This document shows positions 19,669 through 29,441 of a stretch of 64,000 bases of DNA, one piece after another. Position 1 is the first letter of the stretch; each line of letters opens with the position of its first letter. The position numbers and the translations under genes were made by a program. This stretch comes from Planctomycetota bacterium (GTDB lineage: Bacteria; Planctomycetota; JAJSAM01; JAJVHW01), in NCBI GenBank assembly GCA_965248445.1, contig CBDFJG010000003.1, forward strand, positions 512,001-576,000. The letters are read 5' to 3'. The notes under the pieces were generated by a model that was not told where the DNA came from, searched no databases, and saw only the letters and a program-made list of their open reading frames with translations.

Positions 19669-21666
19669 ATGAATTCACGATCTTTGCTCCGATACCGGAT
19701 TGTCATCGTGATGGCGATTCACGCCGTCCTGGCTGCGATCGCCTGGTACGGCGCCTGGTACCTGCGGCTGGACCGGCATCTGTTCGACCACCCGAAGGTG
19801 GACTACTTCGGTCGGTGCACCGAGCTCCTGGTCTGGGTCGTGGCTGCCCGACTGCTGGCGTTCGCGGTGTTCGATCTCTTCCAGGGACTCTGGCGGTACG
19901 TCTCGCTGCCGGACCTCGTCAATCTGTTCAAGGCCACGGCGCTGGGTTCGGTCCTCTACATAGGGGCCATCGCCGTGCACGGTCTCGCGGGGGGCGGCTG
20001 GAGCGGACTCTCGGAGATGGTCCTGCGGGTCTTCGAGCCGGAGAACGTTCCGCGCACCGCGTTCCTGATCGAGCCGTTGCTCTGCCTCGTGTTGGTGGGC
20101 GGCATCCGCTTCGCCATTCGAAGCTACCGCGAGGTCTTCGTCCCGCAGGTGCGTGGCGGCCGGCGGGCACTGATCGTGGGGGCCGGAGACGCCGGTGTGA
20201 TGCTGCTGCGGGAGATGCGCGCGCACCCCCACCTCGGCTACGATCCGGTCGGGTTCGTCGACGACGATCCTCGCAAGCTCGGTACCAAGATCCAGGGCGT
20301 GCCGGTGCTCGGTCGCATCGATGACGTGCGCGACGCCGTACAGGGCTCCGCCGTCGAGGAGATCATTGTGGCGGTGCGGTCGTCGTCGGGCGCGGAGTAC
20401 CGTCGCATACTCGATCTGTGCGACTCGACGGGTGTGCGGCTTCGCCGCCTGCCGCGGAAGGTCGCCGACATCGTGCGCTTGACTGAGCTGCGCGACGTGA
20501 AGTTCGAGGACTTGATGGATCGCGATCCGGTGGAGATCGACCTGGATCTCATCAGCGCCGCCGTCACACGCAAGGTCGTGCTCATAACCGGCGCCGGCGG
20601 CTCCATCGGCTCCGAGATCGTGCGGCAGCTCGTGCCGCTCAATCCGCGGCTGATCGTGGCCGTCGATCGCTCGGAGAATGCGCTCTTCTTCCTCGAGCGT
20701 GACATTGCGGTGCGCCACCCGGAGGCGCGGCTGCTGGTGCGGGTGCTCGACGTGCAGGACCGCGTCGGCACCATGACGCTGTTCCGCGAGGTGGCGCCGA
20801 ACTTCGTGGTCCACGCGGCCGCCTACAAGCATGTGCCATTGATGGAGTCGCATCCGTTGCAGGCCGTGCGCAACAACGTCGCGGCGACACTGGAACTCGG
20901 GCGACTGTCCATCGAGGCCGGCGTCTCGCGGTTCCTACTGATCTCCTCCGACAAAGCGGTGCGCCCGACGAGCGTGATGGGCGCCACCAAACGCGGAGCG
21001 GAGCTGGCGCTCGCGACCCTGGAACCCGGTGACACGCAGTTCGTCGCCGTCCGGTTCGGCAATGTGCTCGGAAGCGAAGGCAGCGTCGTCCCTCTGTTCG
21101 AGCGTCAGATCCGCGAGGGCGGGCCGGTCACGGTGACGCACCCGGAAGTGGTGCGGTACTTCATGACCATCCCGGAGGCGGTCGGACTCGTGTTGCAGGC
21201 AGCGACCATGGCGCGCGGTGGCGAGGTGTTCCACCTCGACATGGGCCGGCCGGTCAAGGTCCTGGACCTCGCCGAGCGTCTGATCCAGCTGCACGGCTTC
21301 CGTCCCTACGACGACATCGAGATCCGATTCGTCGGACTCCGGCCCGGCGAGAAGATGCTCGAGGAGCTCCTTGTCAGCGGGGAGAACGTCCGGGAGACCG
21401 AGCACCCGCGCGTGCGCGCTCTGCACTCGGCGCCTCCCGACCGCGACCTCCTGCGCTCGCGCGTCAGCGACCTGCTCTCCGCAGCCGCCCTTGGCACCGA
21501 GGCGCTCATCCGCGCACTCAGCGCCCTCGTGCCGGAGTACGCGCCCAACAACGAGGCCTACCGCCGGGCGCTGGCCGAGTCACCTGACGCGGCGCCGCTC
21601 CGTGGCACGCCCCGGGACGAGTCGTCCGGACCGCCGGCGGAATCCCGGCGCGCCCCGCGCCAATGA
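19669..21666 (+). CDS. Membrane-anchored UDP-GlcNAc 4,6-dehydratase (CapD/PglF/WbpM family)
   Basis: Four N-terminal TMs, GAGDAG, TGAGGSIGSE, AAYKHVP, SDKAV, MGATKR, RFGNVLGS, RPGEK. Confidence 0.93.
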   Translation: MNSRSLLRYRIVIVMAIHAVLAAIAWYGAWYLRLDRHLFDHPKVDYFGRCTELLVWVVAARLLAFAVFDLFQGLWRYVSLPDLVNLFKATALGSVLYIGAIAVHGLAGGGWSGLSEMVLRVFEPENVPRTAFLIEPLLCLVLVGGIRFAIRSYREVFVPQVRGGRRALIVGAGDAGVMLLREMRAHPHLGYDPVGFVDDDPRKLGTKIQGVPVLGRIDDVRDAVQGSAVEEIIVAVRSSSGAEYRRILDLCDSTGVRLRRLPRKVADIVRLTELRDVKFEDLMDRDPVEIDLDLISAAVTRKVVLITGAGGSIGSEIVRQLVPLNPRLIVAVDRSENALFFLERDIAVRHPEARLLVRVLDVQDRVGTMTLFREVAPNFVVHAAAYKHVPLMESHPLQAVRNNVAATLELGRLSIEAGVSRFLLISSDKAVRPTSVMGATKRGAELALATLEPGDTQFVAVRFGNVLGSEGSVVPLFERQIREGGPVTVTHPEVVRYFMTIPEAVGLVLQAATMARGGEVFHLDMGRPVKVLDLAERLIQLHGFRPYDDIEIRFVGLRPGEKMLEELLVSGENVRETEHPRVRALHSAPPDRDLLRSRVSDLLSAAALGTEALIRALSALVPEYAPNNEAYRRALAESPDAAPLRGTPRDESSGPPAESRRAPRQ

Positions 21667-22574
21667 GAGTACTGACCGGCCTCGCCCGCGCCGCCCGTCC
21701 GCAGCAGTGGGTGAAGAACCTGTTCGTCTTCGCTCCACTCTTCTTCAAACGAAAGTGGGACGCATCGGACCTCACGCTGCGCGTCGTTGCCGCGTTCGCG
21801 ATCTTCTGCCTGGCGTCATCGGCCATCTACCTGCTGAACGACACGCTGGACCGCGAAGCGGATCGCAGTCATCCCCGCAAGAAGCACCGGCCGATTGCGT
21901 CCGGCCAGGTTCCGCCGCAGGCCGCAGTGTTCGCGTCGCTGGTCCTCATGATCGCTGCCGTCGCGTCGGCGCACTTCGGGCTCGCCGATGCGCGCGTCAC
22001 GGGCGTCATCGCCACGTACCTCGGCATCCACGTTGCGTACTCGCTCCGCCTGAAGCACGTCGTGCTGCTCGACGTGCTCTGCATCGCCTCTGGGTTCGTG
22101 CTACGGCTCCTCGCGGGTGGGTTCGCGGGCGACGTGCAGCAGAGTCAGTGGATCCTCATCTGCACGATCTTCCTGTCGCTCCTGCTCGCGCTCTGCAAGC
22201 GCCGCAGCGAGGTCGTGTCGCTGGGCGACGACGCGAGCGATCACCGCTCGATCCTCTCCGAGTACCCGACCGAACTGCTCGATCAGCTCATCGCCGCTGC
22301 GACTGCGGCCGTGCTCGTGACGTACGCGCTGTACACCGTCGATCCCCGGACAGCCACTCTCCACGGCAGCTTCCAGGATGCGGCGATACCGGCGATGGTC
22401 GCGACCGTGCCCGGCGTCGTCTACGGCGTGTTCCGCTACCTCTTCCTGGTGCATCGGCGTGGCGGCGGCGGGAGTCCGACCTCCACGCTTGTCCGGGACC
22501 TGCCCAGCCTCGTGAACGTGGCGATCTACGGGCTCACCGTGTGGGCCGTGTTCAGATTCGGCAGCACGGGTTGA
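21663..22574 (+). CDS. UbiA-family polyprenyl-phosphate phosphoribosyltransferase
   Basis: RPQQWVKN, YLLND..D...DR.HP.K..RPIASG, LKH..LDV, KRRSE. Confidence 0.88.
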   Translation: MRVLTGLARAARPQQWVKNLFVFAPLFFKRKWDASDLTLRVVAAFAIFCLASSAIYLLNDTLDREADRSHPRKKHRPIASGQVPPQAAVFASLVLMIAAVASAHFGLADARVTGVIATYLGIHVAYSLRLKHVVLLDVLCIASGFVLRLLAGGFAGDVQQSQWILICTIFLSLLLALCKRRSEVVSLGDDASDHRSILSEYPTELLDQLIAAATAAVLVTYALYTVDPRTATLHGSFQDAAIPAMVATVPGVVYGVFRYLFLVHRRGGGGSPTSTLVRDLPSLVNVAIYGLTVWAVFRFGSTG

Positions 22575-22760
22575 GGCGGGCGGCCGGCGCGTCCACGTGG
22601 CGCCTCGCCGTTCATCGAAATCAGCGCGCAGGTCGATCCGCCGGCACGACGGGCACTCCTCAGTCGCGGGCTCCCTTCTACCTCGCGAAGCGCCGTAACT
22701 AGCTTCTGCGATTACGTTTAAGACGGCGTCGCGCCGGCACACGCGTGCGATCGCGCCTCT

Positions 22761-22776
22761 TGGCACGCAGAGTGCA
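22761..22776 (+). promoter_or_regulatory. Sigma54 (-24/-12) promoter motif upstream of wza
   Basis: TGGCACG-CAGA-GTGCA, exact GG-N10-GC spacing, 70 bp before ATG 22847, AT-richer tract upstream. Confidence 0.7.
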
Positions 22777-22846
22777 GCGGGGTGGCCAGACGTTGCGTCG
22801 GCGAGTGTGCCGTCGCCCGGCGGGAAGAGTAGGGAGTCATTCAATC

Positions 22847-23617
22847 ATGAGAACCGCAGTCTTGATGCTTGCCCTCGGCGCGATGGTCTGTGCCACGGGC
22901 TGTGCCAGTACCCGGGCGGAATCCGCCCCGGACGAAGAAGCGTCGCTCGACGCCATGAACGCAGGTTTGCGCGAGGTCAACACCCGTGCGATGCGTGGTG
23001 GTCCGTCACTCGACTACGTGATCGACCCGCCCGACGTGGTGGAGATCTTCGTCAAGGACAACGAGGACCTGTCGACGGAAGTCGGCGACATCATCGTCGG
23101 CCCTGACGGCAAGGTCAGCCGGCCGCTGATCGGCGTCGTGACCGTCGCCGGCAAGACCGTCAGCGAGGTCTCCGAGGAACTCAGTCACCTGTACTCGCAG
23201 TACATCCGTGACGCCGCGGTCACCGTGATGGTCAAGGAGTACCGCTCCAAGTTCGTCTACGTGGACGGCGAGGTGCTCGCACCCGGCCGTTACGCCTACA
23301 CGGGCAACGACAGCGTGGTCAACGTGCTGGCGCAGTCGTCGTTCCTCACGCGTCGTGCGTCGCCTAACGGCATCCACATCGCACGCGGCAACCCGAACGA
23401 TCCCGAGATCTACCCGGTGCGCCTCAAGGACATCGTGATCGACGACGACAGTCGCACGAACTGGCTCCTCGAGCCGGACGACATCGTCTACGTCCCGCCG
23501 AGCTTCCTCTCGCGGGTCGGGTACGTCTTCGAGGAGATCCTCTACCCTGTCAACGCCCTGCTGTCGCCGCTCCAGGCTGCGAGCACGTACGAGGAACTGG
23601 TCAGCGGAAGCAGGTAG
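22847..23617 (+). CDS. wza: Wza-like polysaccharide export lipoprotein
   Basis: Signal peptide with lipobox (ATGC), YVIDPPD, VGPDGKVS.PLIG...VAGKT, SLBB-like VYVDGEV..PGRY, amphipathic C-terminus. Confidence 0.85.
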   Translation: MRTAVLMLALGAMVCATGCASTRAESAPDEEASLDAMNAGLREVNTRAMRGGPSLDYVIDPPDVVEIFVKDNEDLSTEVGDIIVGPDGKVSRPLIGVVTVAGKTVSEVSEELSHLYSQYIRDAAVTVMVKEYRSKFVYVDGEVLAPGRYAYTGNDSVVNVLAQSSFLTRRASPNGIHIARGNPNDPEIYPVRLKDIVIDDDSRTNWLLEPDDIVYVPPSFLSRVGYVFEEILYPVNALLSPLQAASTYEELVSGSR

Positions 23618-23663
23618 GCCCCTACACCACCTGCGGGCGGCGCCAGCCCGCTTGGCGCACTTC

Positions 23664-23702
23664 AGAGGCCGCCGGACCCCACCAGGTCCGGCGGCCTCTT
23701 TC
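23664..23702 (+). terminator. Intrinsic terminator or RNA-stabilising hairpin after wza
   Basis: Perfect 15-bp stem AGAGGCCGCCGGACC / GGTCCGGCGGCCTCT with 6-nt loop and short T tract. Confidence 0.7.
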
Positions 23703-23832
23703 CATGCCTGGGGCGAGGGCAGCCCCGTGGAAGAGCGTGGTTCAGTCGCCCCCGGGCTCGATCCGATGAGGAAGCGTGACGTCCTGCAGGCTCGAGGCTA
23801 CGGGGCGGACTCCGACGTACGAAGGGTGACCC

Positions 23833-25390
23833 ATGAAGCTCGAACGCACGCCCCGAGAGATCCTCTCGATGATCAAGCGCCGCAAGGTGCACGTGATCGA
23901 GATGGCGCTGGCGGCCCTCCTGGGAGCCGGCATCTTCCTGATCGTGAAGCCCCGGAGCTACGAGTCCACGACTCGGATCCGCGTGGAGGGCGTCGCCTCC
24001 CTCGACGGCCGCGCCGACGCGGAGCGCCTGCACGGCGCTGTGGAGGAGATCAAGAACAGCCGCAACTTCGACGAGGTCGTCACGACGCGTCGGTCTCGAC
24101 GCGCACCTCCAGGGACTCCCGGAGCACGAGCTCAACGCCGAGCGGAAGCTCCTCGTCGATGATCTGATCCGCGAGACGTCGGTCACGTACAGCCAGCCCT
24201 CACCCGGTGTGTTCGTTCTCTCGATCACGCACGCGAGCCAGGACCCCGACACCTGCTTCCGGGTTGTGAACGAACTCGCCAAGGAGTATCGCGACCAGCG
24301 GCTCTCCGGCCCGATCGTGAAGCAAGAGCGCGTCGTCGACTCCCGCGTGGAGGCCGAGGGCCGCGCGCAGGTGGAACTGGATCAGGCGAGCGGCGCTCTG
24401 GAGTCGTTCGACAAGGACAACAGCGAGTTCATCGGTGACGGACTCGCCGAGACGCTCGACAACGTGCGCAGGGAGATCGAGCAGATCGAGCAGATCGCGA
24501 TCGCCTCCCTCGAGACGGATCTCAAGCGCATCGCTGACATGCTCGAGGTCGAGCCCGAGATGCTCGTGCACGTCACTAACAAGATCGACAAGGTGCGTCT
24601 CGCCGACGTCGAGAGGGACATCCGTGCCGTCGAGAAGGAACTCGACCGGCTGACCATCGAGGAGCGCAAGCTCGACAAGCACCCGAAGGTCATGGCGCTC
24701 AAACGCACTCTCTCGAGTCTGCTCGAGCAGCACGCGGAGATCCTCGCAGACGTCGAGAAGGTCGAGGACAAGCAGCCCAACCCGATGCACGCCAAGCTGC
24801 GCGAAGCGCAGCTCGACAAGAAGGGGCTGCTCGACATCGAGCGTCGCAAGCTCGCCATCCTGCGCCAGCGCGAGGCAAGGCTGCGCGAGGACAGCCTGCG
24901 CGCCCCGGAGGTGCTCGCGGAGCGAGATCGCCTGCTGCGAGACCAGACCTCGACGCAGTTGCGTCTCGACGAACTGCAGCAAGCGTCGAAGTCTGCGCGG
25001 GACCGGCTCCAGGACCTGCGCAGCGCGCGTCAGTTGCAGTTCGACGTGATCGATGCGCCGACGCGGCCCAACACGCCGTCCGGACCGAGCCCCCTGGTCG
25101 TGGCTCTGATGGGTATCGCGATGGGCATCGGCGCCGGAGTCGGACTTGCGTTCGTCCTCGACGCCATGGACCACTCGTTCCGCGAAGTTGACGACGCCGC
25201 TGTGTTCCTCGGCGCGCCTTCACTCGGCGCGATCCACGTGATCGAGACACCGCCGGAAGTATCGAAGCGACGAAGGAAGACGATGCTCGTCGCCGCAGCC
25301 TTGGTCGCGTTCGGGCTCGTGGCGGTGGGAGTCGTTGGTTTGGCCTTGTTCGGAGACGCCTCCGACCTGGCACGGATCCTCAAGAGGTGA
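23833..25390 (+). pseudogene. Wzc/GumC-type chain-length determinant (membrane domain) split by a one-base insertion near 24082-24085
   Basis: ORFs 23833-24162 and 24209-25390 join (EVVTRVGLDAHLQ...) on removing one base; N-terminal TM, coiled coils, KHP, VIDAP..P..P, C-terminal TM, LGAI. Confidence 0.8.
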
Positions 25391-25470
25391 CGGAAGGGTG
25401 ATGAGCGAAATCGCAACAGACACCATCGCGGGCACACGCCGCGTTCCGTTCTCACAGGAGAGGTAGCGAG

Positions 25471-26301
25471 ATGTACCAGAGCTTCTACGGCCTGAAGAAG
25501 ATGCCGTTCAACACGACGCCTGACACGCGTTTCTTCTTCCACTCTGAGCAGCACCAAGAGGCGCTTTCAAGCCTCCTGTATGCGGTGAACGAGCGGAAGG
25601 GCTTCGTGCTGTTGACCGGTGAGATCGGCGCGGGAAAGACGACCGTCTGTCGGGCGTTCCTGAACCGCATCGATCCGGCGACGAAGGTGGCTGTGATCAC
25701 CAACACCCGGTTGACCGAGCGCCAGCTCCTGCAGTCGATTTGCGAGGAGTTCGGTCTCTGGATCCCCGGCAACGTCGGCAAGGTCACGCTCTTCAACGAG
25801 CTGAACTCGTTCCTCGTCGAGGAGTACAGGCAGGGCAACAACGTCGTGCTGATCGTCGACGAGGCGCAGAACCTGCGTCCCGAGGTGCTCGAGGAGATCC
25901 GTCTCATCTCGAACCTCGAGACGGAGCGCGACAAGCTCATCTAGATCGTGCTGATGGGCCAGCCCGAGCTGCGCGACATCATGGAGCTGCCCGAGCTCAA
26001 GCAGCTCAAGCAGCGCATCGTCCTGCGCTTCCACCTCTATCCGCTGTCGGAGCGCGAAACCCAAGCGTACGTGTTCCACCGCTTACGCGTCGCCGGTGCC
26101 GACGGCTCGTTGAAGTTCAGCCGCAAGGCGCTCAAGGCGATCTTCGACTACTCGGGCGGCATCCCGCGCGTCATCAACATCCTGTGTGACAACACGCTGC
26201 TGCTCGGGTTCGTCCACGAGACGAAGAAGATCTCCGAGGCTCTGGTGCGTGAGGTGATCCGGGATCTCGAGGGCGCTCGCAAGGCGCCGACGGGCAAGTA
26301 G
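25471..26301 (+). pseudogene. ExeA-like AAA ATPase with in-frame TAG at 25942-25944
   Basis: MYQSFYGL..PF..TPD, Walker A GEIGAGKT, Walker B IVDEAQ, KLI*IVLMGQPEL, GIPRVIN.LCD; both ORFs in the same frame. Confidence 0.88.
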
Positions 26302-26340
26302 AGACAGGAAGCGCCGGTTCGTTCCGGCGAGGAGATCCCC

Positions 26341-27195
26341 ATGGGCAAGATGCACGACGCGATGAAGAAGGCGGGACACGGAGACCGCCGTGCGAGCAAG
26401 CCTGTCACGCCGAAGGCGGCGCCGCGGACGGCGCCCAGTTCGTCGCAGAGAACGCAGGCTGCGACGAACGAACCTGCCGCGGCTCCCGCGCAGGTCCGCG
26501 CGTCGTTCCAGGGTGGCGACATCGATCCGCATCTCGTCGCACTCCTGGACCCTCAGTCCCCGCACGCCGAGCAGTACCGGACGCTCCGCACAAACATCCT
26601 TGCGTGCCGGCCGGACGACCCCGTGAAGTCGGTCGTCGTCACCAGCGCCGTGCCGGGTGAGGGCAAGAGTGTCAGCAGTTCCAACTTCGCGCTGTCGATG
26701 GCCGAGGACACCGAGCGCAAGGTGGTCCTCATCGACGCCGACATGCGCAAACCGACCATCCACAAGCTGTTCGGCATCGATAACACGCACGGCCTGTCGG
26801 ACTACCTCTCCGGTGGGGTGATGCTCGAGATGGTCCTGCAGCGCTGCCGCCTGCCCAACCTGTGGATCATGCCCGCCGGGCGAGTCCCGCCGAACCCGGC
26901 GGAGCTGCTGGGCGGAAAGCGTATGGAGGACCTGATCGACCGCCTCCGCCGTGACTACGACTTCACGGTCATCGACACCCCGCCGGTCGTCTCGACGACC
27001 GATGCTGGTGTCGTCTCGCCCCGCGTCGACGGGTCCGTCCTGGTCGTGCGTATGGGGACGACACCGCGCGAGGTCGCGAAGCACGCAGTGGATCTCCTCA
27101 AGAAGGCGCGGGCGAAGCTGCTCGGTCTGGTCCTCACGGGCCTCCAGGGTGACATCAAGGACTACTACTACTACCCGTACAAGAATTCCGAGTGA
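26341..27195 (+). CDS. CpsD/CapB-family tyrosine autokinase
   Basis: EQYRTLRT, GEGKS, IDADMRKP, IDTPP, C-terminal tyrosine cluster DYYYYPY. Confidence 0.93.
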   Translation: MGKMHDAMKKAGHGDRRASKPVTPKAAPRTAPSSSQRTQAATNEPAAAPAQVRASFQGGDIDPHLVALLDPQSPHAEQYRTLRTNILACRPDDPVKSVVVTSAVPGEGKSVSSSNFALSMAEDTERKVVLIDADMRKPTIHKLFGIDNTHGLSDYLSGGVMLEMVLQRCRLPNLWIMPAGRVPPNPAELLGGKRMEDLIDRLRRDYDFTVIDTPPVVSTTDAGVVSPRVDGSVLVVRMGTTPREVAKHAVDLLKKARAKLLGLVLTGLQGDIKDYYYYPYKNSE

Positions 27196-27205
27196 GTCAC
27201 ACACC

Positions 27206-28240
27206 ATGGAACTCAGTCTCGCGAAGCGCCCGCCCGCGAGCTGGGATGACTTCGTCCGGAAGCACCCGGACGGATCGCCGTTCCACCTCGCTGCGTGGTC
27301 TGCGTGCGTCCGTGACGGACTCGGCTGGCCCGCGCGCTTCGTCGTAGCCACGCAGGATGGCGACGTGGTCGGCGGCCTCCCGCTACACCACGTCAAGAGC
27401 CGGTTGTTCGGCACGCGTCTCGCCTCGACGCCGCAAGCGGCATACGGCGGCCCCCCCGCCGCGGACGAGACGGTTTTCGCCGCACTCGTTGCGCGCGCGG
27501 AGCAGGAGGCCGAACAGCTCAGCGTCGACTATCTGGAGTTGCGCACCGGGCGCGTCGCGCCGAGCCTGTGCGAGGGCGATACGTGGCGCGGCGAGGATCT
27601 CCGTGTCACGCTCGGCGGACCGATCGCACCGGACGATGCCGCCATCTTGAAGGCCATTCCGAAGAAGACCCGGGCCGACTGTCGCAAGGCGGACGCCCTG
27701 CTCAGCGCGAGCGAGTCGGCGGAGCACTTCGAGGCGTTCCGCGCGCTGTTCGCCGAGAACCAGCACCGACTCGGCACGCCCGTGCTCCCGGCGCGCTTCC
27801 TCCGGCTCGTTGCCGAGCAGCCGGACCTCGGGCCGAGGATTGTGCTCGTAGAGAACGACGGCCGCCCCGTGGCGGCCTGCCTCTCGTTCTCCTTCGGTGA
27901 ACGCATCCTCCCGTACTACGCGGGCGCCGCGGGGGGTGCGCGCGAGGCGCGTCCGAACCACGGGCTGTATCTGAACGTCCTGCGGTTCGCGCGTGCTGCC
28001 GGGTTCACCTACTTCGACTTCGGACGCAGCAAGAAGGGTTCGGGCTCGCACGACTTCAAGCGGCGCTGGGGGTTCGACGAGACGCCCCTCGACTACCGGT
28101 TCCGTCTCGTGCGCGCTGCCACGATGCCCTCACTCAACCCCGCCAATCCGAACTACCGCCGCAAGATCGAGGCGTGGAAGCGCCTGCCCGGCTGGGCGGC
28201 GAACGCGATCGGGCCCCTGCTCTCACCGGGGTTGTCATGA
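27206..28240 (+). CDS. FemAB-like GNAT-fold protein of exosortase-type EPS loci
   Basis: WDDFV, SRLFG..L.S.P...YGG, PYYAG, FDFGRSK..SG...FK..WG, LNP.NP.Y. Confidence 0.85.
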   Translation: MELSLAKRPPASWDDFVRKHPDGSPFHLAAWSACVRDGLGWPARFVVATQDGDVVGGLPLHHVKSRLFGTRLASTPQAAYGGPPAADETVFAALVARAEQEAEQLSVDYLELRTGRVAPSLCEGDTWRGEDLRVTLGGPIAPDDAAILKAIPKKTRADCRKADALLSASESAEHFEAFRALFAENQHRLGTPVLPARFLRLVAEQPDLGPRIVLVENDGRPVAACLSFSFGERILPYYAGAAGGAREARPNHGLYLNVLRFARAAGFTYFDFGRSKKGSGSHDFKRRWGFDETPLDYRFRLVRAATMPSLNPANPNYRRKIEAWKRLPGWAANAIGPLLSPGLS

Positions 28241-29441
28241 AGATCCTGTTCCTTGCGCACCGGGCGCCGTGGCCGGCCGACAAGGGCGACCGCATGCGCA
28301 GCAACGGGATGCTCGAGTGGCTCGCCGCACGGCACGAAGTCCACCTCGGCGCCTTCGCCGACACGGCCGAGGCGGCTCGAAGCGCGAGCGACGCGCTGCG
28401 TTCGATCTGCGAGGGAGTGCACATCATTCCGAGGCCGCCGCTGGCGCGCGGACTGCTCGCCGCGGTGACCGGCCGACCGATCTCGTTCGAGATCTTCGCG
28501 TCGCGCAGCTTCGACCGCTGGGTCGCAGAGACGATGGAGCGCGTTCGACCGGACGCGGCGTTCGGCTTCTCCGGCCAGATGGCCCCTCCGCTCTTGCGGC
28601 TCTCCGGCCTGCCGCGAGTCCTCGACCTCGTCGACGTGGACAGCGAGAAGTGGCGCTCGCGCTACGCCCGCTCGCACAACCCGATCCACTTCATCGAGGC
28701 CAACCGGGTCCGGCGTTTCGAGGATCTGTGTGTGCGCGAACTGGACGCGGTGTTGCTCACCTCCGCGCGTGAGGCGCCGCTCCTCGGCACTCCGCAGGAC
28801 GGCGTCCACGTGATCCGGAACGGAGTCGACGTCGACTACTTCCAGGCGCGGGAGACAGATCCGGGCGGAGCCGAGATCGGGTTCGTCGGTGCGATGGACT
28901 ACGAACCGAACGCCCGGGGGGCGCTCTGGTTCGTCCGGGAGGTTCTCCCGCGAGTCCGTGAGCGGGTCCCGCAGGCTCGTGTCACCATCGTGGGACGTCG
29001 CCCCCCAAGGAGCTGGCCGAGACGCCTGATGTGACGGTGACGGGCTTCGTGGACGATCTCCGTCCCGTTCTCGGCCGGGCCACGCTCGCGATCGTGCCGA
29101 TCCACGTGGCGCACGGCGTCCAGTCCAAGGCTCTGACGGGCATGGCGCTCGGGCTGCCCACCGTGATCACGCCCGCGGCAGCGGGAGGCATCCAGGTCCG
29201 CCACGAAGAACACGCGCTCGTGGCCGAGAACGCGGAAGATTTCGCGAGCGCGGTCGTGCGGCTCCTGGAGAGCCGCGAGGACCGGCTCCGTCTGGCGGCA
29301 GCCGGGCGGGAGTTCATCGAGTCACGACACGACTGGGAGAGGAACCTGCCATTCCTCGAGCGACTTCTCTCGGGCGAGGCCGTCCCCGTTGTTGTCGGCG
29401 CACAGGCTGGGACGAGGTCAGGAGAAGCGCATCGTGAGTGA
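28237..29441 (+). pseudogene. GT4 glycosyltransferase (exosortase-system sugar transferase type), frameshifted in a C6 run at 29001-29006
   Basis: AHRAPWPADKGDRMRS, DVDSEKW, GAMDYEPN; one extra C gives GRRPPKELAETPDVTVTGFVDDLRP joining ORF 29031-29441. Confidence 0.82.

Noticed and set aside
22734..22749. Second sigma54-like motif CGGCACACGCGTGC
   Set aside because: GG-GC spacing is 9 rather than the required 10
25942..25944. Genome-wide amber recoding or pyrrolysine
   Set aside because: TAG terminates several full-length genes here (3129-3131, 23615-23617, 26299-26301), and no pyl genes or suppressor tRNA are visible
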